Source of the DNA: Elusimicrobiota bacterium
Lineage (GTDB): Bacteria > Elusimicrobiota > Elusimicrobia > UBA1565
Reading direction: 5' to 3'
Length of the DNA stretch: 64,000 nucleotides
Assembly (NCBI GenBank): GCA_043819795.1
Contig: JBDREN010000126.1
Coordinates: forward strand, 8,541 to 72,540
A program made the translations under genes and the position numbers. How positions within the stretch are numbered: the stretch's first letter is position 1; the number at the start of each line of letters is the position of its first letter. Of this stretch, positions 49,330-59,308 are shown piece by piece. Below the pieces are notes generated by a model, which was not told the origin of the DNA, did no database searches, and saw only the letters and a program-made list of their open reading frames with translations.

Positions 49330-50936
49330 GGAGTCCGGGGATGACAACGAAAACGACGCCCAAAGACCCACCCGCTAGGCTGGAGACTCCGCGCGCGGAT
49401 ACCCGCTGGACCCTGCGCCGGACACTCCGGCTCGCCGCCGTTCTCCTATTCCTATGCGGCCTGGGTCCCGCCATCTCTTATAGGATCCTCAAGCGCGCCG
49501 AGGACGGCCTTTCCCGGGCATTCCGGACGGACCTGACCTTCTTGGCCGAGCTCCCCCCCCTGCAGGGCTGGATCAGCCAAACGGATCTCTATACCGCGCA
49601 GTTTCTAGCCACGAACGATCGCACGTGGCTCGAATACCGGGATCAGACATTGGGCCGCATCAACGACGGCTTGGGGGAAGTCCTGAGAGCGTCGGCCGGC
49701 GCGCCCGACGAGCGCCGCACCATGGAAGAGCTCGACCGCTTGTTCAAGGCGCACATCAGCGAGCAGGACGAATGGATCAGGCGAAGCGCCTCCGGCCGAT
49801 TGCCTCCGACGAAAGCGGCCGTATTCCTGAGCAAGCAGAGGCCTCTCGACCGCCTGGTCGAGATGGTCCTCGCAATCCGGAAGGCGAACATCCAAGACCT
49901 GCAGGCGCGCAATCTCGCGGTGCGGCGCTCATCCATAACCGCCTTCTGGATCGTCATGCTCACCAGCCTCGCCAGCGTGATCTTCCTGGTCTATATCCTG
50001 GCGCGATACGTCGTCGATCCTATTTCCACCCTCGCGAATTACGCGCGCGAATGGAACTTCGAGCGGCCTTGGGACCTTCAGCCCGGCCGCGCGACGCCGG
50101 AGATACAGACGTTGCATGTCCGCATGCGCCAAATGGCGCAGCGCCTCGCCGAGCGATACAAGAAGGAATCGGAGCTGGTGCACCTGAAGTCGGCCCTGAT
50201 CTCCGTGATCAGCCACGAGTTCAACAACGCCCTGAGCGTGATCCAGGGCATCACCAGCGTCCTTGAGGAAACGGAGGGAGAGCCGTACGACGAGAAGCGG
50301 AAAGGCTATTACGAGATGCTTAAAGCCAACGCGCGATCCCTGGCTTTGGAGGTCGCCTCCATTCTGAACATGGGCCGCCTTGAGTCGGGCCGCTTCGCCT
50401 TCCGGTTCGCCGCCGTAGATCCGGCCGAAGTCATAGGAGAAAGCCTGCGGAAGCTCAAGATCCTCTATGAGCGCAAGAAGCTCAAAGTCTCCGTCGCCAC
50501 GGCGGCGCCCGATCTCCGCGTGCGGGCGGACAGGGAAGCCCTCATTCTCATCGCGACGAATCTGCTCACCAACGCCATCAAGTACACGCGGCCTGAGGGC
50601 GCCATACGGATAACCTGCGCGCCGGACGAAGGCCGGCCGCAACGCGTGCGCGTCACTTTCGAGGATTCCGGCATCGGCATGTCGCCCGACGACATAAAGA
50701 GAGCGATGTCGGGATACTATCGAAGCGCGGACGGCATGAAAATGGCCCGGGGCTTCGGCGTGGGGCTTTCCTTGACGCAGTCGATCCTTACGCAGCTCGG
50801 CAGCGCCATGGAGATCAGCAGCGAGCAGGGGAAGGGCTCCGCATTTTCTTTCGCTCTTCCCCGGTGCGACGAAGACGCGCCTAAGGAAACGGACGCCGAG
50901 GGTCCATGCGCCGGGGTCGAGGAGAGATCCGCATGA
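49326..50936 (+). CDS. Membrane sensor histidine kinase
   Basis: 2 TMs, HAMP-like region, 'ISHEFNNAL', 'NLLTNAIKYT', 'DSGIGM' and 'GFGVGLS'. Confidence 0.9.
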   Translation: MRSPGMTTKTTPKDPPARLETPRADTRWTLRRTLRLAAVLLFLCGLGPAISYRILKRAEDGLSRAFRTDLTFLAELPPLQGWISQTDLYTAQFLATNDRTWLEYRDQTLGRINDGLGEVLRASAGAPDERRTMEELDRLFKAHISEQDEWIRRSASGRLPPTKAAVFLSKQRPLDRLVEMVLAIRKANIQDLQARNLAVRRSSITAFWIVMLTSLASVIFLVYILARYVVDPISTLANYAREWNFERPWDLQPGRATPEIQTLHVRMRQMAQRLAERYKKESELVHLKSALISVISHEFNNALSVIQGITSVLEETEGEPYDEKRKGYYEMLKANARSLALEVASILNMGRLESGRFAFRFAAVDPAEVIGESLRKLKILYERKKLKVSVATAAPDLRVRADREALILIATNLLTNAIKYTRPEGAIRITCAPDEGRPQRVRVTFEDSGIGMSPDDIKRAMSGYYRSADGMKMARGFGVGLSLTQSILTQLGSAMEISSEQGKGSAFSFALPRCDEDAPKETDAEGPCAGVEERSA

Positions 50937-51151
50937 TCGACTGGAAGGCGGTGATCGCATCGACTTCGCTGCTTGTCGGATGCGCGATTCTGATGGATAA
51001 GGCGCTGTCAGCCTGGTTTTGCAGCTCACTCATGACCCCGGGGAGCTTAGACAATAGCGCGGCGGGTATTCGCCGACGCTCCACGCGGGGCGGTTTCGCG
51101 ACGAGAATACGGCCCGCGGATTCAACCCCGGGCCGGATGAAGACGCGGTGA
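50933..51151 (+). CDS. Putative small single-TM protein (72 aa)
   Basis: GAGGAG SD, ATGA overlap with the kinase stop, hydrophobic N-terminus MIDWKAVIASTSLLVGCAILM. Confidence 0.4.
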   Translation: MIDWKAVIASTSLLVGCAILMDKALSAWFCSSLMTPGSLDNSAAGIRRRSTRGGFATRIRPADSTPGRMKTR

Positions 51152-51178
51152 TCCAGACGCTCAGGGGATAGCCCCGCC

Positions 51179-51625
51179 ATGCCCGAAGCCGAGACAAGGG
51201 CGGACGATGCCGAAGGCGAGCGGCCGGATGGCGAGCCGGCGCGGGAACCGAAGGCCTGCCTGCTGATAATCGATGACAATCGGGAGCTGCTTGACACGAT
51301 GGAAGCTGCGCTGGACAGGGAGTACGCGATCGCGGGTTTCGACTCCGGCTCGGCCTTCCCGAACAATCCCGGACTCTGCCGGCCGGATATCATCATCCTC
51401 GACGTCGACATGCCGGAGGTGGACGGGTTCTCCCTCTGCCGGGCCATCCGGTCCCGGCGGGAATTCCGGGACACTCCCATCCTCTTCCTAACGGGCCTCC
51501 TGGGTGATTGCGCGCCGCATATGGGCCTCGAAGCCGGCGGGGATGCGTATATGTCGAAGCCGTTCGAGATGAGCGAGCTCAAAGAGAGAATCGCATCCCT
51601 GATGAAGGGTCGCCTTGCCCCATGA
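51179..51625 (+). CDS. Single-domain response regulator
   Basis: 'LIIDDN', 'ILDVDMPEVDG', 'PILFLT' and 'YMSKPF'. Confidence 0.88.
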   Translation: MPEAETRADDAEGERPDGEPAREPKACLLIIDDNRELLDTMEAALDREYAIAGFDSGSAFPNNPGLCRPDIIILDVDMPEVDGFSLCRAIRSRREFRDTPILFLTGLLGDCAPHMGLEAGGDAYMSKPFEMSELKERIASLMKGRLAP

Positions 51626-51750
51626 AGTTTAAGATCGTGATCGGGACTCTCCTCCTTTCGGCGCTCGGCCTCGGCCGCTTTTCCATCCGATCGCCGCGCC
51701 CCGGAAGCGACGAACGCCGAAAAACGGACAAGGGAGAAGCGGCGCCATGA
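51622..51750 (+). CDS. Putative microprotein (42 aa, hydrophobic N-terminus)
   Basis: MKFKIVIGTLLLSALGLGRF...; ATGA overlaps at both ends. Confidence 0.4.
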   Translation: MKFKIVIGTLLLSALGLGRFSIRSPRPGSDERRKTDKGEAAP

Positions 51751-51887
51751 GGAGAAAGACGCTGCTGAACTTGACCGTGATCCTGGCCTTAGCCTGCCTC
51801 AGCCGATGGGATTACGCCCACGGAATCGGATCGCCGCGACAGCGCACGCCGAAAACCCCGGGCACGGAGATCCGAACCCCGAGCTGA
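51747..51887 (+). CDS. Putative microprotein (46 aa, signal/TM-like)
   Basis: MRRKTLLNLTVILALACLSRWDY...; ATGA overlap upstream, and the next ATG is 3 nt after its stop. Confidence 0.4.
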   Translation: MRRKTLLNLTVILALACLSRWDYAHGIGSPRQRTPKTPGTEIRTPS

Positions 51888-51890
51888 TAA

Positions 51891-52580
51891 ATGGCGCCGA
51901 TCCTTCCGCGGAAAATCCGCCCCTGGTTCGCGGTCTTCTCATTGGTGCTCCTCCTAGCCGCGGTCCGCGGCATCGTCGTGCTTGAAGGGCGGGCGCCGAC
52001 GCCGCAGGTGCTCCGCGGCCTGATCTCGGACTCGGGCCCCGATGCGCCCTTGCTTTTCATCGGCCTCCTGATCGTACGGCCCTTTGTCTTTTTCCCGTGC
52101 GCCATCCTATTCGCCGCCGGGGGACTCGCATTCGGGGAGCTCTGGGGCCCTGTCTATTCGTGCATCGGCTACCTTTTGGGAGCCGCGGCCGGATTCGAAT
52201 TGGCGCGCCTGGTGGGCCGGAAACCCCTGGCGAGAGGATCCCCGATCCCGATCCAAGAATCCAGAAGGCGGCCATGGGGCCCCGCCTTGGTGTTTTTCAT
52301 GAACGTCGTGGCGGTGGTGCCCGACGCGCCCGTGAATTTCGCGGCGGGATTGTCCGGAATGGGATTATGGACTTTCCTCGGCGCGACGCTTGCCGGGATT
52401 GCGCCATGGGCCGTGCTGTTCTCATATTTGGGAGATGCCGCGATACATCTGAACGTGCCATGCTTGATCACCGCCTCATCCTTGGCCTTGATCGGTCTTT
52501 CTGTCGCGATGCTCATCTATCGGAAACGCTTCCCGCAAGGCCCGGCTTGGGGTCCGACAAGCCGTGAGGAGCGGACATGA
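51891..52580 (+). CDS. TVP38/TMEM64 (DedA/VTT) membrane protein
   Basis: 'FFPCAILFAAGGLAFGELWG', 'GAAAGFELARLVG' and 'P...VNFAAGLS.M....F..AT..GIAP'. Confidence 0.85.
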   Translation: MAPILPRKIRPWFAVFSLVLLLAAVRGIVVLEGRAPTPQVLRGLISDSGPDAPLLFIGLLIVRPFVFFPCAILFAAGGLAFGELWGPVYSCIGYLLGAAAGFELARLVGRKPLARGSPIPIQESRRRPWGPALVFFMNVVAVVPDAPVNFAAGLSGMGLWTFLGATLAGIAPWAVLFSYLGDAAIHLNVPCLITASSLALIGLSVAMLIYRKRFPQGPAWGPTSREERT

Positions 52581-52750
52581 AGCCGCATTTTGCGCGGCGC
52601 CTCAGGATTTGCCCGAGATGCGGCTCGAGAACGGTGCGGCGAAGCTCCGCGGCGCTAAGGCGCCATCTCCGAGCCAGTCGGCTTCTGTAAAAAAAGATAT
52701 CGCGCCTCTTGCAGCGATAGGTCGACGCTTATTCGTGGGGGTGACTCTCC

Positions 52751-54130
52751 GTGATCGGCAAGCTGGTCCGTCCCGATTTGCAGGAATTGATCCGCGAGGG
52801 CCACTTCATGACTTTAAGGAAGGCCCTCTCTCAATTCCCCCCGCCGGAATTGGCCCGGCTGCTTTCCGACCTCCCTATTGAAGATCACACGATTCTGTTT
52901 CGCGTAATCCCGCGCGAGTTGGCGGCGGATACGTTCCATGAGCTTCCACCTCCCGCCCAAGAGGCCTTGTTGAAGTCTCTCGGCGACACGCATGTGGCCA
53001 AGATACTCAACGAGATGTCCCCGGACGACCGCACTCAGGTCCTGGAAGAATTGCCGGCCCCGGTGATCAGGCGCCTTCTCAATCTGCTTTCGCCCCCTGA
53101 GAGGGCCATCGCCAGCTCCCTGCTCGGATATCCGGAGAACAGCGTCGGAAGGCTCATGACGCCGGAGTACGTGGACATCAAAGAAGGCTGGACCGTCAGC
53201 GAAGTCCTCGATCACATCCGGAAGTGGGGTCAGGACAGCGAAACCCTGAGTGTCGTGTACATAACGGACGGAAGGGGCGCGCTTATCGACGACATCGACA
53301 TCAGGGACATCCTGCTCTCTCCCCCTGGGCGCAGGATTTCGGCCATAGCGGACCACAGGTTCGTGTCTTTGAAAGCGACGGACGACCAGGAGTCGGCCGT
53401 CGCCGTCTTTAAGGCGCATGGACGTGTCGCGCTGCCCGTGACGGACACCTCCGGCGTCCTGATCGGGATCGTGACCATCGACGACGTGCTGGACGTCGCG
53501 GAAGAGGAAGCGACCGAAGACTTCCACAAGATCGCGGGCTCCGGGACCTTCACCGAGCCGTATTTGGACCTCCCCCTGCTCACCATGGCCAGGAAGCGCG
53601 GCGGCTGGCTCATGGTGCTGTTCGTGTCCGAGATGCTCACCACGACCGCCATGGCGCATTTCGAGCATGAGATCGCGCGCGCCGTGATCCTCGCCGTATT
53701 CATTCCCCTCATCATCTCCACCGGAGGGAACTCCGGATCCCAAGCCGCCACATTGGTCGTGCGCGCCATGGCCATCGGGGAGGTCGGCCTCCGCCATTGG
53801 TGGCGGATCATGCGCAGAGAACTCGCATGCGGAATGATCCTGGGAGCGATGCTCGGGGCCTGCGGCTTTGTGCGCATAGCGCTGTGGACCAGCGTATCGT
53901 CAGTCTACGGCGAGCATTGGCCGCTCATCGGCACGACGGTCGCGTTGTCGTTGGTCGGCGTAACGGTCTGGGGAACGCTGTCAGGTTCCATGCTCCCGCT
54001 TGTCATCAAGCGGCTGAAAATGGACCCCGCCACGGCCTCCGCTCCGTTCGTCGCCACGATCGTCGATGTCGCGGGCATCCTCCTCTACTTCGGCCTCGCG
54101 ATGCTGCTCCTCAAAGGCACGCTGCTATGA
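52751..54130 (+). CDS. mgtE: Magnesium transporter MgtE
   Basis: MgtE_N, CBS pair ('YPENSVGRLMTPEY', 'GIVTIDDVLD'), 'GGNSGSQAATL' and 'DPA.ASAPFVATIVD'. Confidence 0.95.
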   Translation: MIGKLVRPDLQELIREGHFMTLRKALSQFPPPELARLLSDLPIEDHTILFRVIPRELAADTFHELPPPAQEALLKSLGDTHVAKILNEMSPDDRTQVLEELPAPVIRRLLNLLSPPERAIASSLLGYPENSVGRLMTPEYVDIKEGWTVSEVLDHIRKWGQDSETLSVVYITDGRGALIDDIDIRDILLSPPGRRISAIADHRFVSLKATDDQESAVAVFKAHGRVALPVTDTSGVLIGIVTIDDVLDVAEEEATEDFHKIAGSGTFTEPYLDLPLLTMARKRGGWLMVLFVSEMLTTTAMAHFEHEIARAVILAVFIPLIISTGGNSGSQAATLVVRAMAIGEVGLRHWWRIMRRELACGMILGAMLGACGFVRIALWTSVSSVYGEHWPLIGTTVALSLVGVTVWGTLSGSMLPLVIKRLKMDPATASAPFVATIVDVAGILLYFGLAMLLLKGTLL

Positions 54131-54218
54131 GCCGGAATGAGCCGCCCCCCGGCGCGTTTCAGATAGCACAACGACGCCTTGCGCCGAGCGCGCAGCGACA
54201 TGGCGGGGAAGGAGATCA

Positions 54219-56144
54219 ATGATGGAATCGACCTCGAAAGACGAACCGCCAGGGCCCGGCATCGTCCGGCAGCGAGAAAAGACCTCCCCGAGCTCACGCC
54301 TGCCCTTCCTCTGCCTGGCCGCGCTCGGAATAGTCTACGGCGATATCGGGACCAGCCCCCTCTACGCGATCCGCGAATGCTTCCACGGCCCGCACTCCGT
54401 CGCCGTGAGCCCGGCGAATGTCCTGGGGGTGCTGTCCCTGATCTTCTGGTCCCTGGTGATCGTGGTGAGCATCAAGTACCTGGGATATGTGCTCCGGGCC
54501 GACAACCGGGGCGAGGGCGGCATCCTGGCGCTCATGACCCTTGTCAGGGTTCACAACGGCTGGCCGCGGAAAGCCGTCCTCGGCCTTGGGCTCTTTGGAG
54601 CCGCCCTGCTCTATGGAGACGGCATGCTCACCCCGGCCATATCCGTGCTGAGCGCGGTCGAGGGCCTTGAGGTGGCCACCCCTGTGTTCGCGCCGTACAT
54701 CGTCCCGGCCACCGTCGCGATGCTCACGCTCCTCTTCTTCTTTCAAAAGCGCGGGACATCCGGGGTGGGCGCCGTGTTCGGACCGGTCATGATCATCTGG
54801 TTCGCCTGCCTGGGCATGCTTGGATTGGGCGGCATCGTGCGCGAGCCGGGCGTCCTGGCGGCGGTCGACCCGGCTTACGCCGTCGGCTTTTTCCATGCCA
54901 ACGGCATGGCCGGCTACCTGGTGCTCGGGGCGGTGTTTCTGGTCGTGACCGGGAGCGAGGCGCTCTACGCGGATCTCGGGCATTTCACGAGGCGTCCCAT
55001 ATTGATCACCTGGTTCTGCGTGGCGGGTCCCGGGCTCCTGCTCAACTACTTCGGGCAGGGGGCGTTGCTGCTCCGAAATCCCGCCGCGGCGCACAACCCG
55101 TTCTATCGCTTGGCCCCTCAATGGGCGCTTTTCCCCCTCGTCTGCCTCTCGACGATAGCCGCGGTCATCGCATCGCAAGCCGTGATCACCGGCGTATTCT
55201 CCCTCACCCGGCAAGCCGTCCAGCTCGGCTACGCCCCGCGCATGGCCATCATCCACACCTCCGCCCATGAACGAGGCCAGATATACATGCCGGTCGCCAA
55301 CTGGCTTCTGCTGGCCTGCACATTGATGCTCGTGCTCGCGTTCCGCAGGTCCAGCGATCTGGCCGCGGCATACGGGATAGCGGTCTCTCTGACGATGATC
55401 ATAACCACCTTGCTGGCCCACATCGCCGCGCGCCAACGCTGGCGATGGAGACTGCCGGCGGCCTTGATGGTCACCGCGGCGTTCCTTTTCATCGATGTCG
55501 CGTTCTTCGGAGCGAATATGGCCAAGGTGGGGCAGGGCGGATGGGTGCCCCTCGTGATCGCCATCGGGGTCACTTTGGTCTTCACGACTTGGAAGAAGGG
55601 GCAGGACGCGCTGCGCAAGAAGCAGATGAAAGGAGCGCTTCCGATCGGGATGTTCATCAAGGACGTCGAGAGCAGCAGCACCGTGACCAGGGTCCCCGGG
55701 CAAGCCATATTCCTCTGCAGCGATCCCGACGTGACGCCCAGCGCGCTGCTGCACAACATCAAGCACAACAAAGTGCTGCACCGGATCAACTTCCTCGTCA
55801 CGGTGAGCGCCGAAGAAACCCCCCGTGTCCCCGAGAGCGAACGGTTGTTCGTGGAGGACCTCGGGGCGGGCTTCACGAAGCTGGTGGTCCGCTATGGGTT
55901 CATGCAGACGCCGGACCTTCTGGCCGCCCTATACAGGGCCAACGAGGACGGGATCGGGGTCGAACCGCTCACGGCCAGCTACATCATCAGCGCGAACACG
56001 ATCGTGCGCGGCATCTACCCCGGCATGGCGGCGTGGAGGACAAACGTCTTCCGATTCCTCTACAGGAACGCCCTCCGGCCGACCCTCTTTTTCCGTCTCC
56101 CGGCCAACCGGGTGATCGAGATCGGACGGCAGATGCAATTATAA
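54219..56144 (+). CDS. kup: KUP/HAK/KT potassium uptake transporter
   Basis: 'LGIVYGDIGTSPLYA', 'ADNRGEGGILAL', 'GDGMLTPAISVLSAVEG' and 'EALYADLGHF'. Confidence 0.96.
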   Translation: MMESTSKDEPPGPGIVRQREKTSPSSRLPFLCLAALGIVYGDIGTSPLYAIRECFHGPHSVAVSPANVLGVLSLIFWSLVIVVSIKYLGYVLRADNRGEGGILALMTLVRVHNGWPRKAVLGLGLFGAALLYGDGMLTPAISVLSAVEGLEVATPVFAPYIVPATVAMLTLLFFFQKRGTSGVGAVFGPVMIIWFACLGMLGLGGIVREPGVLAAVDPAYAVGFFHANGMAGYLVLGAVFLVVTGSEALYADLGHFTRRPILITWFCVAGPGLLLNYFGQGALLLRNPAAAHNPFYRLAPQWALFPLVCLSTIAAVIASQAVITGVFSLTRQAVQLGYAPRMAIIHTSAHERGQIYMPVANWLLLACTLMLVLAFRRSSDLAAAYGIAVSLTMIITTLLAHIAARQRWRWRLPAALMVTAAFLFIDVAFFGANMAKVGQGGWVPLVIAIGVTLVFTTWKKGQDALRKKQMKGALPIGMFIKDVESSSTVTRVPGQAIFLCSDPDVTPSALLHNIKHNKVLHRINFLVTVSAEETPRVPESERLFVEDLGAGFTKLVVRYGFMQTPDLLAALYRANEDGIGVEPLTASYIISANTIVRGIYPGMAAWRTNVFRFLYRNALRPTLFFRLPANRVIEIGRQMQL

Positions 56145-56155
56145 GGATCTGAGAA

Positions 56156-56398
56156 ATGGCCGAGAAAACAGCGACTATAGCCAGATTCGGCAGCCGTGCC
56201 GACGCGGAATCCGCCAGGGAACGCCTGCTGGAGGCCGGCTTCTCAGCGGACCGGATCACGATTCTCGGCGAGGGCCATCCGCCCCGAACAATTTCCCGCT
56301 CTTTCAAGGCGCTGGTGCGGGCAGGCGCCTACGTGCTGATCGCCTACGGCACCCGGAAGGAAACCGATAGGGGAGCTTCCGTGCTAGCCACACACTAA
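56156..56398 (+). CDS. Small general-stress (YflT-like) protein
   Basis: 'IARF.S..DAE.A...L.EAGF..D.ITILG' and 'V.AG.YVL..YG'. Confidence 0.55.
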   Translation: MAEKTATIARFGSRADAESARERLLEAGFSADRITILGEGHPPRTISRSFKALVRAGAYVLIAYGTRKETDRGASVLATH

Positions 56399-56429
56399 GG
56401 GTCCGGCGGAGTCGTGGCGGCGCACGCGC

Positions 56430-56888
56430 TCAGTCGGAGCGGCAGACTTCCTTGTACTCGTAGTCGGGCTTGCCGGTGCCTCCTCCCTTGTTCTCCCGCC
56501 ACCTCCACGCCCGAGCCACCCTTACGCTCCCGTCCAAGCAGAAGTACGCTCTCCGGTTCGAGTTCACCGGCGCCCAGTAAAACTCCTCCCCCGCCGGGAA
56601 GCTGGAGATGAAGGAGGCTTTCCCATGGCTATCAACGAACGGAGAGTTGCGGACGCCCTCGAGGCGCTGGTACTGTCCCGCCCTGCAGAAATTCTTCGCG
56701 TCGCCACGAATCTTCTGTCTCCGGACCGCGATTGCCTTGGTCTTGAAGGCTTGGACGCGGATCTTCTCCGCCACGTCCCGGCACCGGTCGCGGGTGGAGC
56801 TCTGTTGCGCCAAGGCCAACGCCACCAAGCTGGCGGCGACGGCGGGGGCGGCCAAGATCACTGCAAGAGTCCGCTTTCTATCGTTCAT
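56430..56888 (-). CDS. Secreted basic hypothetical protein
   Basis: MNDRKRTLAVILAAPAVAASLVALALA signal peptide; ATGA overlap with the upstream gene. Confidence 0.6.
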   Translation of the reverse strand: MNDRKRTLAVILAAPAVAASLVALALAQQSSTRDRCRDVAEKIRVQAFKTKAIAVRRQKIRGDAKNFCRAGQYQRLEGVRNSPFVDSHGKASFISSFPAGEEFYWAPVNSNRRAYFCLDGSVRVARAWRWRENKGGGTGKPDYEYKEVCRSD

Positions 56889-57814
56889 GGCGTCACTCCC
56901 GCTGTCTTCAAGTGGGGGTCGGAAAGGCGCCGCGTGGAGAGCTCGCCGCCCCCGGCTTCGGGCGAGACGCGCGGACACGCGTGCCGTCCGCGGCTTAGAG
57001 GGCCGCGGGCGAAGCACAGTCTGTCCTTTCCGGAGGGGAGCAGGACACGGACCTTGTAGGGAAACTCCTTTCTGTCCACGCCGGGGTCCCGGTTCGCCGA
57101 CTCGGTCAGAACGACCCCCTCGCCGCGGACATACCAGTTCGTCATGAGCCAATCGCGCCCCAGGAATCCCGCCACGCCGACCGCGCTCTTCCTGTGCCGC
57201 CCCGGGACGAACCTGCCGCTGCGCACCCTGAGGACCTTGTAGTATCCGGTCCCCTCTCTCCGGCGCCTCTTCAGGCCCCGCCGCACCGGGAAGGGCAGGA
57301 CCCAGTTGTCGAGGCTGCCGATGAACTGGCGCTTCGGCATGCGCCGAAGCGACTCGAGGACGCGGCTGCGGCGATCGGACAGCATCTCGCCGGGAGCCGC
57401 CTGGTATTGTGAGTACAGACTCACTCCGCCCGGAGTGACTATGTAGATCTTCTCGCCGATGGCCCGCTGGGGCGCGCCGTAGAGCCACTTGCCGCCCCGC
57501 TTGAACAGCGGCCCCTCGGCCTCGCGAACGATCAACGCGCGCATCCCGTGGATGAACTCCTCGGCCATGACCACGTCCCAGAAGGTCGCCTTCACCAGCT
57601 TTCGGCGCTTGTGCCCGCGGCTGGCGTAGTAGACGGCGTACTTCCGCCAAGACCCCGCCTTGTCCGGGAAGTATTCGAGCCACCGGCCTCCCGCGCCGTC
57701 GGTCGGCGCGATCTCGCCGGCGCCCGCGGCCGGCGCATGCGTCCAGAGCAGCGCCCCCGCCAGGAGCAGGCGGACGGCACGGCGTCCGAAGGCTTCCCTT
57801 GCGCGTGGTCTCAT
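56885..57814 (-). CDS. Secreted hypothetical protein
   Basis: Signal peptide, 'YFP...GSW..Y' and 'WYVRGEGVV'; start uncertain. Confidence 0.6.
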   Translation of the reverse strand: MRPRAREAFGRRAVRLLLAGALLWTHAPAAGAGEIAPTDGAGGRWLEYFPDKAGSWRKYAVYYASRGHKRRKLVKATFWDVVMAEEFIHGMRALIVREAEGPLFKRGGKWLYGAPQRAIGEKIYIVTPGGVSLYSQYQAAPGEMLSDRRSRVLESLRRMPKRQFIGSLDNWVLPFPVRRGLKRRRREGTGYYKVLRVRSGRFVPGRHRKSAVGVAGFLGRDWLMTNWYVRGEGVVLTESANRDPGVDRKEFPYKVRVLLPSGKDRLCFARGPLSRGRHACPRVSPEAGGGELSTRRLSDPHLKTAGVTP

Positions 57815-57950
57815 GGCCTGGCACCCCCTCATACCCGCAGTATGACCCGGAGAGCTCATGCGAGCCTCAACTCTCCCTCATGCGATGCTCAAGAAACGGG
57901 GGGCCTCGCGGGCCCGGGGCCGGGTCCTCCGTCGAGCGCCGGCCGCGCCG

Positions 57951-58907
57951 CTAGGCCAGCTCCGCAACGACGGCGCACCACGCCTGCGCCAGGTTGCGGC
58001 GGTCGTAGCCGCCGCCGCCCATGGCCACGAGGCGGCCCCCGGCGTGGCGCTCCGCCAGCGCGCGGACGCGGCGCGCGGCGTGGGCGTGGACGGCCGGGGT
58101 GTACTCCAGGTGCGCGATCGGATCGCCCGCGAGGCCGTCGGCGCCGCACTGGAGCAGGAAGAACTCCGGAGCCGCCTTGTCGAGATGGGCCTCCGCCTTC
58201 CCCCACGCCTCCAGGAAGGCCTCGTCGCCCGCCCCGGGGAGCATGGGGATGTTCAGCTTGGCGCCCCGGGCGGCCCCGGCGCCGGTCTCATCCGCGCGGC
58301 CGGTGCCCGGATACAGGAAGCGTCCGTCCTCATGAAGGTCCGCCGCGACGAGGTCCGGGTCATCCTCGAACGCGTAGAAAACCCCGTCGCCGTGATGGGC
58401 GTCTATGTCGACGTAGGCGACCCGCGTGACGCCGTGCTCCGCCCGCAGGACCTCGATCGCCACCGCGCAGTCGTTGAACACGCAGAAGCCGCCCGCGCGC
58501 TCGCGCCGGGCGTGATGCAGCCCGGCGATGGGGACGAACGCGCGGCGGCAGCGCCCGGCCATGACCCGCCCGACCGCGTCCACAGTGGAGCCCACCACGG
58601 CGGCCGCGGCCTCGTAGACGCCCCGGAAGGCGGGAGTGTCGCCGTAGTCCAGGTAGCCCTCGCCCGTCTCGGACTGGCGCAGGACGCGCTCGACGTAGGC
58701 GGGCGAATGGAACCGCTCGATCGTCTCCCGGCCGGCCGTGACCGGCGCGCATACGCCGACCCGCCGGTCCAGGCCGCGCCCGCGGGCCTCCTCCCAAAAA
58801 GCGCTCAGACGGTCGGAACCGAAAGGATGTCCGTGGCCGAAACCGTAACGCGTAAGGGCCTCGCCCACATAGACACAGGCGTCCGGGACCTCTCTCTGGA
58901 TTCTCAT
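57951..58907 (-). CDS. Histone deacetylase family / AcuC-like deacetylase
   Basis: 'GHPF...R', 'GLHHA....AGGFCVFND', 'YVDIDAHHGDG', 'YPGTG', 'QCGADGLAGDP' and 'GGGGY'. Confidence 0.92.
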   Translation of the reverse strand: MRIQREVPDACVYVGEALTRYGFGHGHPFGSDRLSAFWEEARGRGLDRRVGVCAPVTAGRETIERFHSPAYVERVLRQSETGEGYLDYGDTPAFRGVYEAAAAVVGSTVDAVGRVMAGRCRRAFVPIAGLHHARRERAGGFCVFNDCAVAIEVLRAEHGVTRVAYVDIDAHHGDGVFYAFEDDPDLVAADLHEDGRFLYPGTGRADETGAGAARGAKLNIPMLPGAGDEAFLEAWGKAEAHLDKAAPEFFLLQCGADGLAGDPIAHLEYTPAVHAHAARRVRALAERHAGGRLVAMGGGGYDRRNLAQAWCAVVAELA

Positions 58908-58955
58908 GATCGCGGGGTCTTATCCGGCGGGGCGAGTCCAGTCCGGGCTGGAGTC

Positions 58956-59270
58956 CTAGGAGCCTTTCCCGCGCAGCTTGGCGACGACCTGCTCCAGCTT
59001 GGCGGGCGTGACCGCGGTGTAGGCGGCGATCATGCCGAGGACGTTGTCGCCGCTCATACCGACCCGGCTGTCTCGCCAAAGGCCCGTCTTCGCGAGGACC
59101 ACCGTCTCCCCTCTGCCCACGCGAACGATGAAGTCGTGCTCCCCGAGCGGGGAGACCATCCAGAAGGCGCTCGCCAGATCGATGGGATTGACCGTATTGC
59201 AGAGGTCCCTCAGAATCTTCTCCTTCGCGCCGAACCGCCGGGTCTTGGTGGCACGGGTCTGCTTTGCCAT
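58956..59270 (-). CDS. Hypothetical protein (104 aa)
   Basis: GGAGGAG SD; fills the gap between co-oriented genes. Confidence 0.6.
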   Translation of the reverse strand: MAKQTRATKTRRFGAKEKILRDLCNTVNPIDLASAFWMVSPLGEHDFIVRVGRGETVVLAKTGLWRDSRVGMSGDNVLGMIAAYTAVTPAKLEQVVAKLRGKGS

Positions 59271-59308
59271 CGTCGTCTCTCCTCCCGCTTCCGCCGATTC
59301 CGGGCCCG

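Noticed and set aside
52580..52750. M-box or c-di-AMP riboswitch upstream of mgtE (or kup)
   Set aside because: The leaders are short and no consensus elements are recognisable.
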